Assembly (NCBI GenBank): GCA_902488465.1
Contig: CABTWE010000004.1
Coordinates: 10,654-74,653, forward strand
Length of the DNA stretch: 64,000 nt
Source: an uncultured Tissierellia bacterium
GTDB lineage: Bacteria; Bacillota; Clostridia; Tissierellales; Peptoniphilaceae
Direction: 5' to 3'
This document shows, one piece after another, positions 29,830 through 40,080 of the stretch; the first letter of the stretch is position 1; every line of letters starts with the position of its first letter. The translations under genes and the position numbers were made by a program. Below the pieces are notes generated by a model that did not search any database, was not told the DNA's origin, and saw nothing but the letters and a program-made list of their open reading frames with translations.

Positions 29830-31935
29830 ATGGAAATTGGTACTATTTTACTTAATAGATATGAAATTTTGGAGCAAATCGGCGAAGGCGGTATGGCGAC
29901 TGTTTATAAGGCAAAATGCCATACGCTAGACAGATTGGTTGCAATAAAAGTTCTTAAAAGCGAATATGCTGAAGATGAAGAATTTGTGAAGAAGTTCATG
30001 ATGGAATGTCAGTCTGCGGCAAAGCTGAATCATCCAAATATTGTAGGTATTTATGATTTTCACGAGATAGAACTCGATGGGAAGCCGGTCTATTTCATTG
30101 TTATGGAATATATCGACGGCATCACATTGAAGGAGCTCATAGAAAAGAAGGGGTTCATTCCGGAAGAAGAAGCAGTGGATATTGCACTTCAAATTTTGGA
30201 AGCGCTTAAAGAAGCTCACAGCCATGGAGTTATTCACAGAGATATTAAACCGCACAATATTATGATTTCAAAAAGCGGCATTGTTAAGGTGACGGATTTC
30301 GGAATTGCAAGGGCAACTTCAAACCATACAATGACAACTACGATGGATGCAATAGGCTCTGTTCATTATTTCAGTCCTGAACAGGCGCGTGGCGCATTTA
30401 CTGACCAAAGGACCGATATCTATTCATTTGGTATTGTGTTCTATGAAATGCTTACCGGCAAGCGTCCATTTGTCGGTGAAAATCCGGTCACAATTGCGAT
30501 GAAACATATTCAAGAAGACATAACTCCTCCGGGCGAAATTAATGAAGATATTTCAGAAGGGGTCGAAAGAGTTGTCTTGAAATGTACTATGAAAAAACAA
30601 GCGGAAAGATATCAAAATGTCGATGAAATTATCACCGACTTAAGGAGCACAACAGGTTCAAAGAGAACTTTCGTGCCAAGCGATGTGATTGATGATTCGC
30701 TAGATCAAACAAGAGTGATACCGACTGCGGAGATTGATAAGATGGTTCAAAAGAATAAAAAGGTTAAGATCAACAATAAAGACGATTATTACGACGATGA
30801 TGACGATTATGATGACGACGACTATGACGATGATGATTATTATGACGACGACGATTACGATGACTATGATGACGACGGTAAGCATAAAAAACTCGGAATC
30901 ATTCCAATAATCCTCGGAATTTTAGCGGCATTTGTTTTGACGACAGGACTATATCTTGGATTCACAAAATTAAAGCAAATTCAAAAGGATTCAACGGTTC
31001 AAGAGATAGCACTTCCGAATTTAATCGGAATGACAGAAGCGGAAGCTAGAAAAGCTGTTCAAGACATGGGTTTAAAACTTGAAGTTAAGAGCGAAACGAC
31101 AGATTCATCAAAGCCATATGGTGTTATAAGTCAGGATCCGCAATCAGGCATGACAGTAAAAGAAAACAGCACTGTATATGTAGTTTTAAATGTCGACTCA
31201 AATGCAACGAAAATTGAATCATACGTCGGAATGAAACTTGAAGAAATTGAAGCCAAAGTCAAGGAACTTGGATTAAAAATCGAAGTGGATTATGTAGACG
31301 ATGATTCTGAAGAAAACACTATTATCGCACAAAACCCGATAGCAGGTTCTTCAATAACTGAAGGTGACACGCTTTATCTTTCTATTTCAAATGGAAAAGG
31401 TAGTGAAGATAATCTTGTTCCAAATGTTTTGGGAATGACTTTTGATGAAGCTAAGAAGATGCTTGAAGAAAAGGGCTTAGTCGTCAAAGACCCTGTATAT
31501 GTAGCTTCAGAAGAAACTGAAAAGGACAGAGTCATCACTCAATCAATCGAAGCAAATAAACCGTTTGAAAATGGAGATACTATCGAACTTAATGTTTCAA
31601 AGGGACCGGAAGAAAAGCCGGAAGAAAATGAACAAAATCAGAGCGAACAAACTACTGAAGAAAACAAGCCGGATGAAAAACCGGCAGAACCTGAAAAACC
31701 AAAAGCTAATACAACAAAATTCAGCGTTGCAGTTCCACTTCCATCGGATGTGCCTGAAAGCGTTGTAAAACTTGTAAAAGTTGTTGACGGAAATCGTGAA
31801 ACGGTTTATGAAAACACTTTCTCAAAAGATGAAGAAGTCGCTTATATAAATCTTAAAGATCAACCGGTCGGTGAAATTTTGGAACTTTATATAAATGATG
31901 AATTCGCAGAAACCTTTACGGTTCAACAAAGATAA
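29830..31935 (+). CDS. pknB: PASTA-domain Ser/Thr kinase PknB/PrkC
   Basis: GEGGMA, VAIK, HRDIKPHN, DFG, TM helix, three PASTA-like repeats. Confidence 0.96.
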   Translation: MEIGTILLNRYEILEQIGEGGMATVYKAKCHTLDRLVAIKVLKSEYAEDEEFVKKFMMECQSAAKLNHPNIVGIYDFHEIELDGKPVYFIVMEYIDGITLKELIEKKGFIPEEEAVDIALQILEALKEAHSHGVIHRDIKPHNIMISKSGIVKVTDFGIARATSNHTMTTTMDAIGSVHYFSPEQARGAFTDQRTDIYSFGIVFYEMLTGKRPFVGENPVTIAMKHIQEDITPPGEINEDISEGVERVVLKCTMKKQAERYQNVDEIITDLRSTTGSKRTFVPSDVIDDSLDQTRVIPTAEIDKMVQKNKKVKINNKDDYYDDDDDYDDDDYDDDDYYDDDDYDDYDDDGKHKKLGIIPIILGILAAFVLTTGLYLGFTKLKQIQKDSTVQEIALPNLIGMTEAEARKAVQDMGLKLEVKSETTDSSKPYGVISQDPQSGMTVKENSTVYVVLNVDSNATKIESYVGMKLEEIEAKVKELGLKIEVDYVDDDSEENTIIAQNPIAGSSITEGDTLYLSISNGKGSEDNLVPNVLGMTFDEAKKMLEEKGLVVKDPVYVASEETEKDRVITQSIEANKPFENGDTIELNVSKGPEEKPEENEQNQSEQTTEENKPDEKPAEPEKPKANTTKFSVAVPLPSDVPESVVKLVKVVDGNRETVYENTFSKDEEVAYINLKDQPVGEILELYINDEFAETFTVQQR
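30781..30876 (+). repeat. Low-complexity coding tract (Asp/Tyr, 32 codons) in pknB
   Basis: DDYYDDDDDYDDDDYDDDDYYDDDDYDDYDDD, mixed GAC/GAT and TAT/TAC codons. Confidence 0.95.
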
Positions 31936-32801
31936 TGAAAAAAGCTGTAATTAAAAGTGTTTCAGGTGGAATTTTTACAGGAATTGGTGAAGGACATGAA
32001 GAAGTTGTTCTTCACAGTCCAGGTAAAATAAAAAAAATCGGCAAACTTTTGGTGGGCGACATCGTTTATTATGACGAGTCGACTGAAAACAATACGATTA
32101 TTGAAGTCGCTGAGAGAAAAAATGAATTTATAAGACCCAAAGCCGCAAACATCGATGTTTTTCTTATCGTTCAATCGATTGATGAGCCGAGGTTTGACAG
32201 ATATTTGATAGATAAACTCACTGTTTACGCTTTTAAAGAAAAAACGCACCCGATTCTTCTTGTTACAAAGGCGGATTTGAATGAAAAGTTGGCGGAAGAA
32301 TTATATAATGAATACAATTCTGTCGGAATAAAAACTTTTTTGGGTCGAATCGAAAACAACAATTACGATGAAATTTTTGAATATTTGAGCGGAAAGATAG
32401 TCCTTCTTGTTGGAAACAGCGGTGTTGGGAAGAGCACATTTTTAAACAATGTGCACGGATATGATGTACAGCGAACAAATTTTATTAGTAAAAAACTGGG
32501 GCGTGGTAAGCACACCACAAGACAGGTCGAGATTTTTCCAATTGACGATTTTTATCTCATTGATACGCCGGGCTTCTCAACTCTTGAACTCGAAACATTG
32601 GATGAAGGAGAGATGTTGGCGGATTATTTTCCGGAATTTCAAAAGTATAAAAGTGAGTGCAGATTTAACACTTGCACGCATATAAACGAACCGGGATGTC
32701 GAGTCAAAGAAGCGTTGGCAGATGGTGAAATTTGTAATTTGAGATATGAAAGTTATTTGAGATTATTTAAAGAGCTGAAGGAGAGGAAAGAAAAATGGTA
32801 A
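31935..32801 (+). CDS. rsgA: Ribosome small subunit-dependent GTPase RsgA (CpgA)
   Basis: TKAD, GNSGVGKS, RGKHTT, DTPG, CRFNTCTH..EPGC. Confidence 0.96.
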   Translation: MKKAVIKSVSGGIFTGIGEGHEEVVLHSPGKIKKIGKLLVGDIVYYDESTENNTIIEVAERKNEFIRPKAANIDVFLIVQSIDEPRFDRYLIDKLTVYAFKEKTHPILLVTKADLNEKLAEELYNEYNSVGIKTFLGRIENNNYDEIFEYLSGKIVLLVGNSGVGKSTFLNNVHGYDVQRTNFISKKLGRGKHTTRQVEIFPIDDFYLIDTPGFSTLELETLDEGEMLADYFPEFQKYKSECRFNTCTHINEPGCRVKEALADGEICNLRYESYLRLFKELKERKEKW

Positions 32802-33451
32802 GAATCGCACCGAGCATATTGAGCGCAGATTTTCTAAATCTGGAAAAAGATATTAAGATGATGGAAAGTGCCGGAATTGATTTGTTTCACATGGATATTA
32901 TGGACGGAATGTTTGTCCCTAACATCAGCTACGGCCCGATGATTTTGGAACACATAAAAAAGATTTCAAATGTGGGAATGGATGCGCATTTGATGATTAT
33001 GGAGCCGAACAGATATTTCGATATTTATCAAAAAATCGGAGTTGAGTATCTCACAATCCATTCAGAAGCTTCGACTCACCTTGAACGTGATTTGTCGCAA
33101 ATCAGAAATCTCGGCATGAAGTCAGGCGTTGCACTGAATCCTGCCACATCGGAAGAAATGATTAAATATGTTCTTGAAGTGGCTGACATGGTTCTTGTGA
33201 TGAGTGTAAATCCGGGATTTGGTGGACAAAAATTCATCGCATCGCAATTAAAGAAAATCGAAAAGATTAAGAGCATGATTGTAAATGCGGGACTAGACAC
33301 AAAAATCGAAGTTGACGGCGGTATCGGTGTGAACAATCTAAAAGATGTTGTTGATGCCGGAGCTGACATTGTTGTTAGCGGTTCATCTCTTCTAAAGGGT
33401 GACTTTAATAAAAACTATCAAGCATTCAAGGATGTTTTAAATGGCAAATAA
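32795..33451 (+). CDS. rpe: Ribulose-phosphate 3-epimerase
   Basis: APSILSADF, HMDIMDG, MSVNPGFGGQ, VDGG. Confidence 0.97.
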   Translation: MVRIAPSILSADFLNLEKDIKMMESAGIDLFHMDIMDGMFVPNISYGPMILEHIKKISNVGMDAHLMIMEPNRYFDIYQKIGVEYLTIHSEASTHLERDLSQIRNLGMKSGVALNPATSEEMIKYVLEVADMVLVMSVNPGFGGQKFIASQLKKIEKIKSMIVNAGLDTKIEVDGGIGVNNLKDVVDAGADIVVSGSSLLKGDFNKNYQAFKDVLNGK

Positions 33452-34085
33452 AGCTCTTGTCGTTGGTGCTTCAGGTTTTTCGAAAAAATATATCAAAAAA
33501 ATTATTGCCGACTATGACTTTGTGATTGCGTGCGATAAAGGTGCCGAAGCTTTTTACGGCACGGATATGGAGTTTGATTTATGTATAGGTGACTTCGATT
33601 CACTCGATAAAAATGTTAGAGAATATTTTAAGTCAAAGGACACAATTAAGTATCCGGTCGAAAAAGATTTTTCGGATCTCGAGCTTGCAATAAACTATTT
33701 AATTGAAAAAGATTTTCAAAGAATAGATTTCACAGGTGTTTTGGGTGGAAGACTTTCGCATGAGCTCTTTAATTTAGGGCTATTTCTTAAAATAAAGAAA
33801 GAGGGTAGGCGTGTATCCATAAGAGAAGCAGCTACAAGATGTGACTTTCTTTCAAATAACGAAGTTATAAAAATTCCGAAAGGCCTTGAGGTGTCGGTCG
33901 TTCCTTTTTATGATGACGATACGACAATTAGCATGAAAGGCTTCAGATGGAATTTAAAGGACAAAAAAATAAACCGTGGCAGTACGCTTACACTGAGCAA
34001 CTACACGGTTGAGGATGGCTATATCATGGTCAAAGGAAATCCTGTGATGATTGTGATAGAGCCTATTGAGAAAAAAATTCAATAA
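33441..34085 (+). CDS. thiN: Thiamine diphosphokinase
   Basis: ACDKG, GDFDS, EKDFSD, GGRLSH, LSN. Confidence 0.9.
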   Translation: MANKALVVGASGFSKKYIKKIIADYDFVIACDKGAEAFYGTDMEFDLCIGDFDSLDKNVREYFKSKDTIKYPVEKDFSDLELAINYLIEKDFQRIDFTGVLGGRLSHELFNLGLFLKIKKEGRRVSIREAATRCDFLSNNEVIKIPKGLEVSVVPFYDDDTTISMKGFRWNLKDKKINRGSTLTLSNYTVEDGYIMVKGNPVMIVIEPIEKKIQ

Positions 34086-34089
34086 ATAT

Positions 34090-34134
34090 AAAAAAGACCC
34101 GTAGAAATAATTTTATAAATCATTTCTATGGGTT
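34090..34134. terminator. Bidirectional terminator between thiN and rpmB
   Basis: GACCCGTAGAAAT/ATTTCTATGGGTT with a flanking A tract. Confidence 0.7.
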
Positions 34135-34138
34135 AATT

Positions 34139-34324
34139 TTATGCATCTTGGTTCGCTTTTTTAAGACAGCTTGCGCAGACTTTTATTCTCTTAGGAGTTC
34201 CGTCTTCAACAATTCTTATTCTTCTTAAGTTAGGAGCCCAAGATTTTGCTGAATGTCTGTGAGAGTGGCTTACTTTTTTGCCAAACATTTTACCTTTTCC
34301 GCAAATTTCACATACTTGTGCCAT
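34139..34324 (-). CDS. rpmB: 50S ribosomal protein L28 (zinc-ribbon form)
   Basis: CEICGK..VSHSH..WAPN..CASC. Confidence 0.97.
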   Translation of the reverse strand: MAQVCEICGKGKMFGKKVSHSHRHSAKSWAPNLRRIRIVEDGTPKRIKVCASCLKKANQDA

Positions 34325-34470
34325 TGGTAATACACCTCCTTATGATTAACATATATATTTTACAACAAATATTAATCTAAATCAAGTCTTTTTCGAATTT
34401 TTTTACTTGATAACTAAAAAAAAATGATGTATAATGATAATAGAATTAACAAAAAAGGAGAATTAATAAT

Positions 34471-34827
34471 ATGACTGCAACGAAAAGAACCGAATTTGGT
34501 TCGATAACAATTTCAGACAATGCTATAGCAACTATTTCGGGTTTGAGCGTTATGGAAACATACGGCATAGTGGGAATGGCTGCAAAAAACGCCGCAGATG
34601 GATTTCTCGAACTGTTAAAATCTGACAATCTCACGAGGGGAATTAAAGTTAATTCAGATGGTGACGATTTGTCTTTAGATATATATATTATTACTCAATA
34701 TGGAGTAAATATTTCCGTTGTTGCGGAAAATCTTAAGGAAAAAGTTCGTTTCAACGTAGAAAAATATACCGGACTTAAGGTGCCTGAAATAAACCTTGTC
34801 GTTCAAGGAATCAGGACCAATAAGTAG
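34471..34827 (+). CDS. Asp23/Gls24 family protein (YloU)
   Basis: YGIVGM, YGVNI..V; precedes the DAK2 gene; promoter TTGATA-17-TATAAT at 34407-34435. Confidence 0.9.
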   Translation: MTATKRTEFGSITISDNAIATISGLSVMETYGIVGMAAKNAADGFLELLKSDNLTRGIKVNSDGDDLSLDIYIITQYGVNISVVAENLKEKVRFNVEKYTGLKVPEINLVVQGIRTNK

Positions 34828-34835
34828 GAGGCGGC

Positions 34836-36479
34836 ATGACTAATATTAATGCGGGCATGATGCGCAATGCGATAAAAAGTGCCATCAAAAACCTAGATGT
34901 AAATAAAGAAATGGTTAACTCCCTGAATGTTTTTCCGGTTCCTGACGGAGATACCGGGATTAATATGTTTCTTACAATAAAATCAGCAGGCAATTATGCT
35001 TTGGCAGAAGAGACAACTCACTGTGGTGAACTTTCGCGAGCTCTTAGCAAAGGTGCACTTATGGGTGCAAGAGGAAACTCAGGTGTTATACTTTCGCAAA
35101 TTCTTAGAGGATTTTATATGGGAATTCAGGATTTCAAGGAACTCGACGTAAGAGCGATAAAACGCGGCTTTGAATCTTCAAAAGAAGTTGCTTATAAAGC
35201 GGTTATGAAACCGACAGAAGGAACAATTTTGAGTGTTGTAAGATATATGGCTGCCTTTGCTGTTTCAAACCAAAGTAAGTATAGCGACACAATCGAATAC
35301 CTTGAAGCAATATATGCGGAAGGTGAAAGAGCACTTGAAAAGACTCCTGAAATGCTTCCTGTTTTAAAAGACGCGGGAGTTGTGGACTCCGGCGGTAAAG
35401 GACTTCTTGTTTTGATGAGAGGTGCTATTGACGGTCTTAAAGGCGAAGAAGTTCAATACACAGCTGAAGTTGTAGAAACAAAGACGCAGGAAGTTCATTT
35501 TGATGAAAATATTAAATTCGGATATTGTACTGAATTTATTATTCACACCGACAATACAGATCAACATGACGCAGACACACTCAAAGAAGAACTTTTAAAG
35601 ATTGGTGACAGTCTTGTTTGTGTTAAGGTTGAAGATATTATAAAAGTTCATGTGCATACGAATCATCCGGGAAAAGCTCTTGAGCTTGCACTCGAAAGAG
35701 GATACTTAACCGGAATCAAGTCAGACAATATGAGACTTCAAAATGCTGAAGTGAGACGTGCACACGAAGAGGAACAACAAAAGAAATATGAATCTATAAA
35801 GGCACAGGATGCGGGACCTCAAAAAGAGTACGGCTTTGTTGCAGTTGCATCCGGCGATGGCATAATGAGTGTGTTCAAAGATTTCGAAGTCGATGAAATC
35901 GTTTGGGGCGGACAAACAATGAATCCGAGCGTTGAAGATTTAACCAAAAAAATCGAAAAGATAAACGCAAAGACTATTTTTGTGCTTCCAAACAATTCAA
36001 ATATCGTTTTGACGGCTGAGAAGGCTGCTGAAGTTTCGGACAAAAATGTTATAGTTATTCCGACAAAGACAATTCCACAAGGCATTTCAGCAATGATTAA
36101 CTTCGATTTTGATTTGGATCTTGAGGATGCAATTGAAACGCTAAATGATGCCATAAAAGCCGTTAAGAGCGGTTCAATAACATATGCTGTGAGAGACACC
36201 ACAGTTTCGGGCAAGAAGATAAACCAAGGCGATTACATGGGAATTTTGGAATCGGAAATTGTATCTTCGAGCGACGACATCTATGAAACAGTTCTTGAAA
36301 CTTTAAAAAAAGGAATAGATGAAGATTCTTCTATCGTGACGCTATATGCAGGTCAAGATGTTACCGAAGTACAAATGGAAGAGCTTATAGAAAAACTTGA
36401 AAATGAATTTGATGACATTACGATTGAAGGCTTAATGGGTAATCAACAAGTTTACTATTATTTGATAAGTATTGAATAA
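34836..36479 (+). CDS. fakA: DAK2-domain fatty acid kinase subunit FakA (YloV)
   Basis: NVFPVPDGDTG, GARGNSG, YCTE, KVHVHT, GGQTMNPS. Confidence 0.93.
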   Translation: MTNINAGMMRNAIKSAIKNLDVNKEMVNSLNVFPVPDGDTGINMFLTIKSAGNYALAEETTHCGELSRALSKGALMGARGNSGVILSQILRGFYMGIQDFKELDVRAIKRGFESSKEVAYKAVMKPTEGTILSVVRYMAAFAVSNQSKYSDTIEYLEAIYAEGERALEKTPEMLPVLKDAGVVDSGGKGLLVLMRGAIDGLKGEEVQYTAEVVETKTQEVHFDENIKFGYCTEFIIHTDNTDQHDADTLKEELLKIGDSLVCVKVEDIIKVHVHTNHPGKALELALERGYLTGIKSDNMRLQNAEVRRAHEEEQQKKYESIKAQDAGPQKEYGFVAVASGDGIMSVFKDFEVDEIVWGGQTMNPSVEDLTKKIEKINAKTIFVLPNNSNIVLTAEKAAEVSDKNVIVIPTKTIPQGISAMINFDFDLDLEDAIETLNDAIKAVKSGSITYAVRDTTVSGKKINQGDYMGILESEIVSSSDDIYETVLETLKKGIDEDSSIVTLYAGQDVTEVQMEELIEKLENEFDDITIEGLMGNQQVYYYLISIE

Positions 36480-36507
36480 TAAAGGGCCGATTTCGGCTCT
36501 TTATTTT
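36478..36507 (+). terminator. Intrinsic terminator after fakA
   Basis: AAAGGGCCGA/TCGGCTCTTT followed by ATTTT. Confidence 0.75.
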
Positions 36508-36523
36508 AATTTGGGGAGATTTT

Positions 36524-38542
36524 TTGGAGCTTAAAGACATAAAGAAAATTGGTCCGAAAAGACTTGAGGGCCTCCGAAAATTAAATATTACCGACATAAA
36601 TGATCTCGTTTTTTATTCACCGAATTACTATGAGGACAGAAAAACTTTGGTGCGCGTAAAGGATTTGGATTTTGAAAAGAAACAGCTCGTGCATTTAAAA
36701 ATTGTTGCGGGACCGGCAAGGCGAAAGACAGCCAGCAATATGACGATGGTTTCGTACAATGCGACTGACGGCGAAAGACCGGTTGAAATTGTTTTCTTTA
36801 ATCAAAGCTTTGCTGTTTCTTATTTTAAAAAGGGGCTGTCTTATTATATTTTTGGAAAGCCTAGTATTTATAACAACAGAGTGAGCTTTTCAAATCCGAT
36901 TTTTTCGCAAGTGAAGGGCAAAGACCTCGGAGTTATAGTTCCGATTTATCCGCTTAATGCCACGATTACAAATAAGATTTTGCGTGAGTCGATAAAAGCG
37001 GCACTTGACAATTTTACGGATATAAAACTTTTGCCGGACGAAATTGTAAAAAAATATAATTTCTTGAGTATAAAAGCTCTCCTTCGCATGATACATTTTC
37101 CGGAAGAGATTGAAAAAGCGAACTATGCGATAAAATCAATGGCTTATGTAGAAGCGTTTTTGTTAAATGTTATGAAATATTCAAATTTCAGCTTTACAAA
37201 AAAATCTAAAGGAAAAGTTATAAGGGACACGAGCGAAGAACGCGATTTTCTGAGGGGGTTGCCGTTTCTTCTGACCGAAGGGCAAAAGGATGCAATTGTC
37301 GATATTAAACGCGATTTGGAAGCAGATTATTCGATGAATCGACTCCTTCAAGGTGACGTCGGTTCGGGAAAGACTGTTGTCGGACAATATATGGCGATAA
37401 AGACGGTTGCCGGGGGCAAGCAAGTTGCTTTTATGGCACCTACAACGCTTCTTGCGGTTCAAAACTACGAGAAGCTTAAAACTTTTGTCGATAAATTTAA
37501 TATGAACTGTGAACTTTTAATTTCGAAGACAAAGAAAAAAGACAAGGAACGTATATACGAAGAAGTTCAAAATGGAAACATCGACATTCTTGTCGGCACA
37601 CATTCTCTTTTAAATGAGGATATAAATTTCAAGGATTTGGGTTCGGTAATAATCGACGAGCAACATCGCTTTGGAGTAAATCAACGAAACAATTTGATTG
37701 AAAAGGGCAACGGTACAAATGTTCTTGTCATGAGTGCAACTCCTATTCCAAGAAGCCTTTCGATTATTCTTTACGGCGATATGGATATTTCTGAGATAAA
37801 AACAATGCCGGAAGGAAGGCAAAAAATCGACACTTATGTGCTGACGGAAAAAGAAATGGACAGCATAAACGGTTTTGTAAGGCGAGAACTTCAAAACGGC
37901 AGACAAGCGTATTATGTTTGTCCGCTTATTGAGGAGAGTGAGAAGTCTGATTTAAATTCAGCGACGGAACTTTATGAAAGATTAAAAGAAGAATTCAGCG
38001 GAAAAAATGTTGCGCTTTTGACAGGGCGAACTGACGACGAAGAAAAAGAAAAAATCATGACCGACTTTAAAGACGGTTTAATTGATGTTCTTGTCTCGAC
38101 AACGGTTATAGAAGTGGGAATTGACGTGCCGAATGCAACTACAATTGTCATTATGAACGGCGAGAGATTTGGCCTTGCTCAGCTCCATCAGCTTAGAGGA
38201 CGAGTTGGCAGAGGTCAGTATAAAAGCACGTGTATTATTGCTCACAATGCAAAGAATGATGAAACATACTCAAGGCTTAAGACAATCGAAAGAAGTAACG
38301 ACGGATTTTATATCGCTATGGAGGACTTAAAGCAAAGAGGGCCCGGCGAAATTTTGGGTCTCAAGCAAAGCGGTGCGCAGAAATTTAAATTTTTGGATTT
38401 TGAGACAGATTTAAACATTGTTATGAGAGCGAAAAATGATTTCGATGAATATATAAAAAATGCAAGCAAAGCTGAAGTGAACGAACTCAAAAACAATGCG
38501 GAGCTTTTGCTTGGAAAAATAGAAAGCGGTGTACTAAATTAA
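36524..38542 (+). CDS. recG: ATP-dependent DNA helicase RecG
   Basis: RLLQGDVGSGKT, DEQHRFG, SATPIPR, QLRGRVGR; TTG start. Confidence 0.97.
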   Translation: MELKDIKKIGPKRLEGLRKLNITDINDLVFYSPNYYEDRKTLVRVKDLDFEKKQLVHLKIVAGPARRKTASNMTMVSYNATDGERPVEIVFFNQSFAVSYFKKGLSYYIFGKPSIYNNRVSFSNPIFSQVKGKDLGVIVPIYPLNATITNKILRESIKAALDNFTDIKLLPDEIVKKYNFLSIKALLRMIHFPEEIEKANYAIKSMAYVEAFLLNVMKYSNFSFTKKSKGKVIRDTSEERDFLRGLPFLLTEGQKDAIVDIKRDLEADYSMNRLLQGDVGSGKTVVGQYMAIKTVAGGKQVAFMAPTTLLAVQNYEKLKTFVDKFNMNCELLISKTKKKDKERIYEEVQNGNIDILVGTHSLLNEDINFKDLGSVIIDEQHRFGVNQRNNLIEKGNGTNVLVMSATPIPRSLSIILYGDMDISEIKTMPEGRQKIDTYVLTEKEMDSINGFVRRELQNGRQAYYVCPLIEESEKSDLNSATELYERLKEEFSGKNVALLTGRTDDEEKEKIMTDFKDGLIDVLVSTTVIEVGIDVPNATTIVIMNGERFGLAQLHQLRGRVGRGQYKSTCIIAHNAKNDETYSRLKTIERSNDGFYIAMEDLKQRGPGEILGLKQSGAQKFKFLDFETDLNIVMRAKNDFDEYIKNASKAEVNELKNNAELLLGKIESGVLN

Positions 38543-39105
38543 TGAGAGTTATTTCGGGAAAAAATAGAGGAACAAAACTAGTAGCACCTGAGGGAATGAC
38601 GACACGACCGACGGATGACATGCTAAAAGAAAATATTTTTAATTTAATTGGACCTATAATGCCGGAGTCAAGCGTTTTGGATTTGTTTGCGGGTTCCGGT
38701 CAAATCGGCATCGAATTTTTGTCGCGTGGTGCGAAGAATGCGGTTTTTGTGGACAACAATATAAAAGCGATAAATTCTATAAAACAAAATTTAGAAAAAA
38801 CAAAACATATTGAAGTTGGAAAAGTAATTAAATCCAATGTAAATACTGTACTTTCAAGACTTTCAGGGGAGAAATTTGACTATATTTATCTCGATCCACC
38901 ATATGATGATAAAAAAAATTTGCTGGAAGTGTTTAATATTATTGAAAAATCTGATATAATAAAGCTAAGCACGGAAATTATTATTGAAACGGTAAAAGAT
39001 TTTTCAATTTCCAATGTGAATATAATAAAAGAGCGTGTTTATGGAAAGAGAAAAGTTTTAATTATCGGAGGTAACTATGATAGCAGTTTATCCGGGGAGT
39101 TTTGA
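38542..39105 (+). CDS. rsmD: 16S rRNA m2G966 methyltransferase RsmD
   Basis: MRVISG, TRPT, DLFAGSG, DPPY. Confidence 0.94.
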   Translation: MRVISGKNRGTKLVAPEGMTTRPTDDMLKENIFNLIGPIMPESSVLDLFAGSGQIGIEFLSRGAKNAVFVDNNIKAINSIKQNLEKTKHIEVGKVIKSNVNTVLSRLSGEKFDYIYLDPPYDDKKNLLEVFNIIEKSDIIKLSTEIIIETVKDFSISNVNIIKERVYGKRKVLIIGGNYDSSLSGEF

Positions 39106-39556
39106 TCCGGTCACAAATGGACATATAGACATTATACAGCGTGCGGCAAAACTTACAGATACATTATATGTAGCTGTACTTACAAATCCATCCAAAAAAC
39201 CGTTTTTCACAGTTGAGGAAAGGATTAGCCTGCTCGAAAAAGTGACGGAAGATATTCCTAATGTTAAAATTGAACCTTTTAGCGGATTACTGATAGATTA
39301 TGCAGAAAAAATCGGTGCAAAGATTATATTTAGAGGATTGAGAGCTGTCTCGGATTATGAATACGAGTTGCAAATGGCTCTTGCAAACAAAAAGTTGAAG
39401 GGCGACACAGAGACATTATTTATGGTTGCAAACTCGAAATATTCATTTTTGAGTTCAAGTTTAGTAAAAGAAATCGCAACATTTGGCGGCGATTTAACCG
39501 GAATGGTTCCGGATTTTGTTATAAGTGAAGTAGAGGCTAAAATAAAGAGGAGGTAG
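39077..39556 (+). CDS. coaD: Pantetheine-phosphate adenylyltransferase
   Basis: [31 protein letters not shown]. Confidence 0.97.
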   Translation: MIAVYPGSFDPVTNGHIDIIQRAAKLTDTLYVAVLTNPSKKPFFTVEERISLLEKVTEDIPNVKIEPFSGLLIDYAEKIGAKIIFRGLRAVSDYEYELQMALANKKLKGDTETLFMVANSKYSFLSSSLVKEIATFGGDLTGMVPDFVISEVEAKIKRR

Positions 39557-39560
39557 CTAA

Positions 39561-40031
39561 ATGGATGTTTTAGAAATTATAGATTCCATTGAAGATTTAG
39601 TTGAAGGTGCAAAACCGGCATTTTTCAGCAACAAAGTTGCAGTCGGAAGAGAAGAAATTCTTGAACTTTTGAGCGATTTAAGGCTCAAATTGCCTGATGA
39701 CATCAAACAAGCAACATGGATTAAAGGCGAAAGAGAAAGAATACTTAATGAAGCAAGAATGGATGCAGACAAAGTTATTAATGACGCAAAAGTTGAGCTC
39801 GGTCGACTTCTTTCGGAAGAAAGCGTTTTGATTGAAGCAAAGAAACAAGCAGCACAAATAATTAAAGCTGCAACTGAAAAATCCGTTCAAATTTCTATGG
39901 GCTCAATTGAGTACACCGACAAAATTTTAAACGGTACTCAAGAAAACTTAAATAAAGTTATTGATACTTTAAATGACAACCGTCGCCAACTTGCAGAGAT
40001 GGCTTCGGAAATCAAAAGAAATAATCAATAG
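39561..40031 (+). CDS. Conserved coiled-coil protein after coaD (SepIVA/DivIVA-like)
   Basis: LEIIDSIEDLVE..LP..IKQA..I..ERERIL..A heptad pattern; syntenic position. Confidence 0.6.
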   Translation: MDVLEIIDSIEDLVEGAKPAFFSNKVAVGREEILELLSDLRLKLPDDIKQATWIKGERERILNEARMDADKVINDAKVELGRLLSEESVLIEAKKQAAQIIKAATEKSVQISMGSIEYTDKILNGTQENLNKVIDTLNDNRRQLAEMASEIKRNNQ

Positions 40032-40046
40032 ACATACAATATTATT

Positions 40047-40072
40047 GCTCGATTTAAATCGAGCTTTTTTTT
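40047..40072 (+). terminator. Intrinsic terminator
   Basis: Perfect palindrome GCTCGATTTAAATCGAGC followed by T8. Confidence 0.88.
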
Positions 40073-40080
40073 ATGCACTA

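Noticed and set aside
30700..30885. Minus-strand Ile/Val-rich ORF resembling a membrane peptide
   Set aside because: It is simply the reverse complement of the pknB Asp/Tyr tract and has no SD
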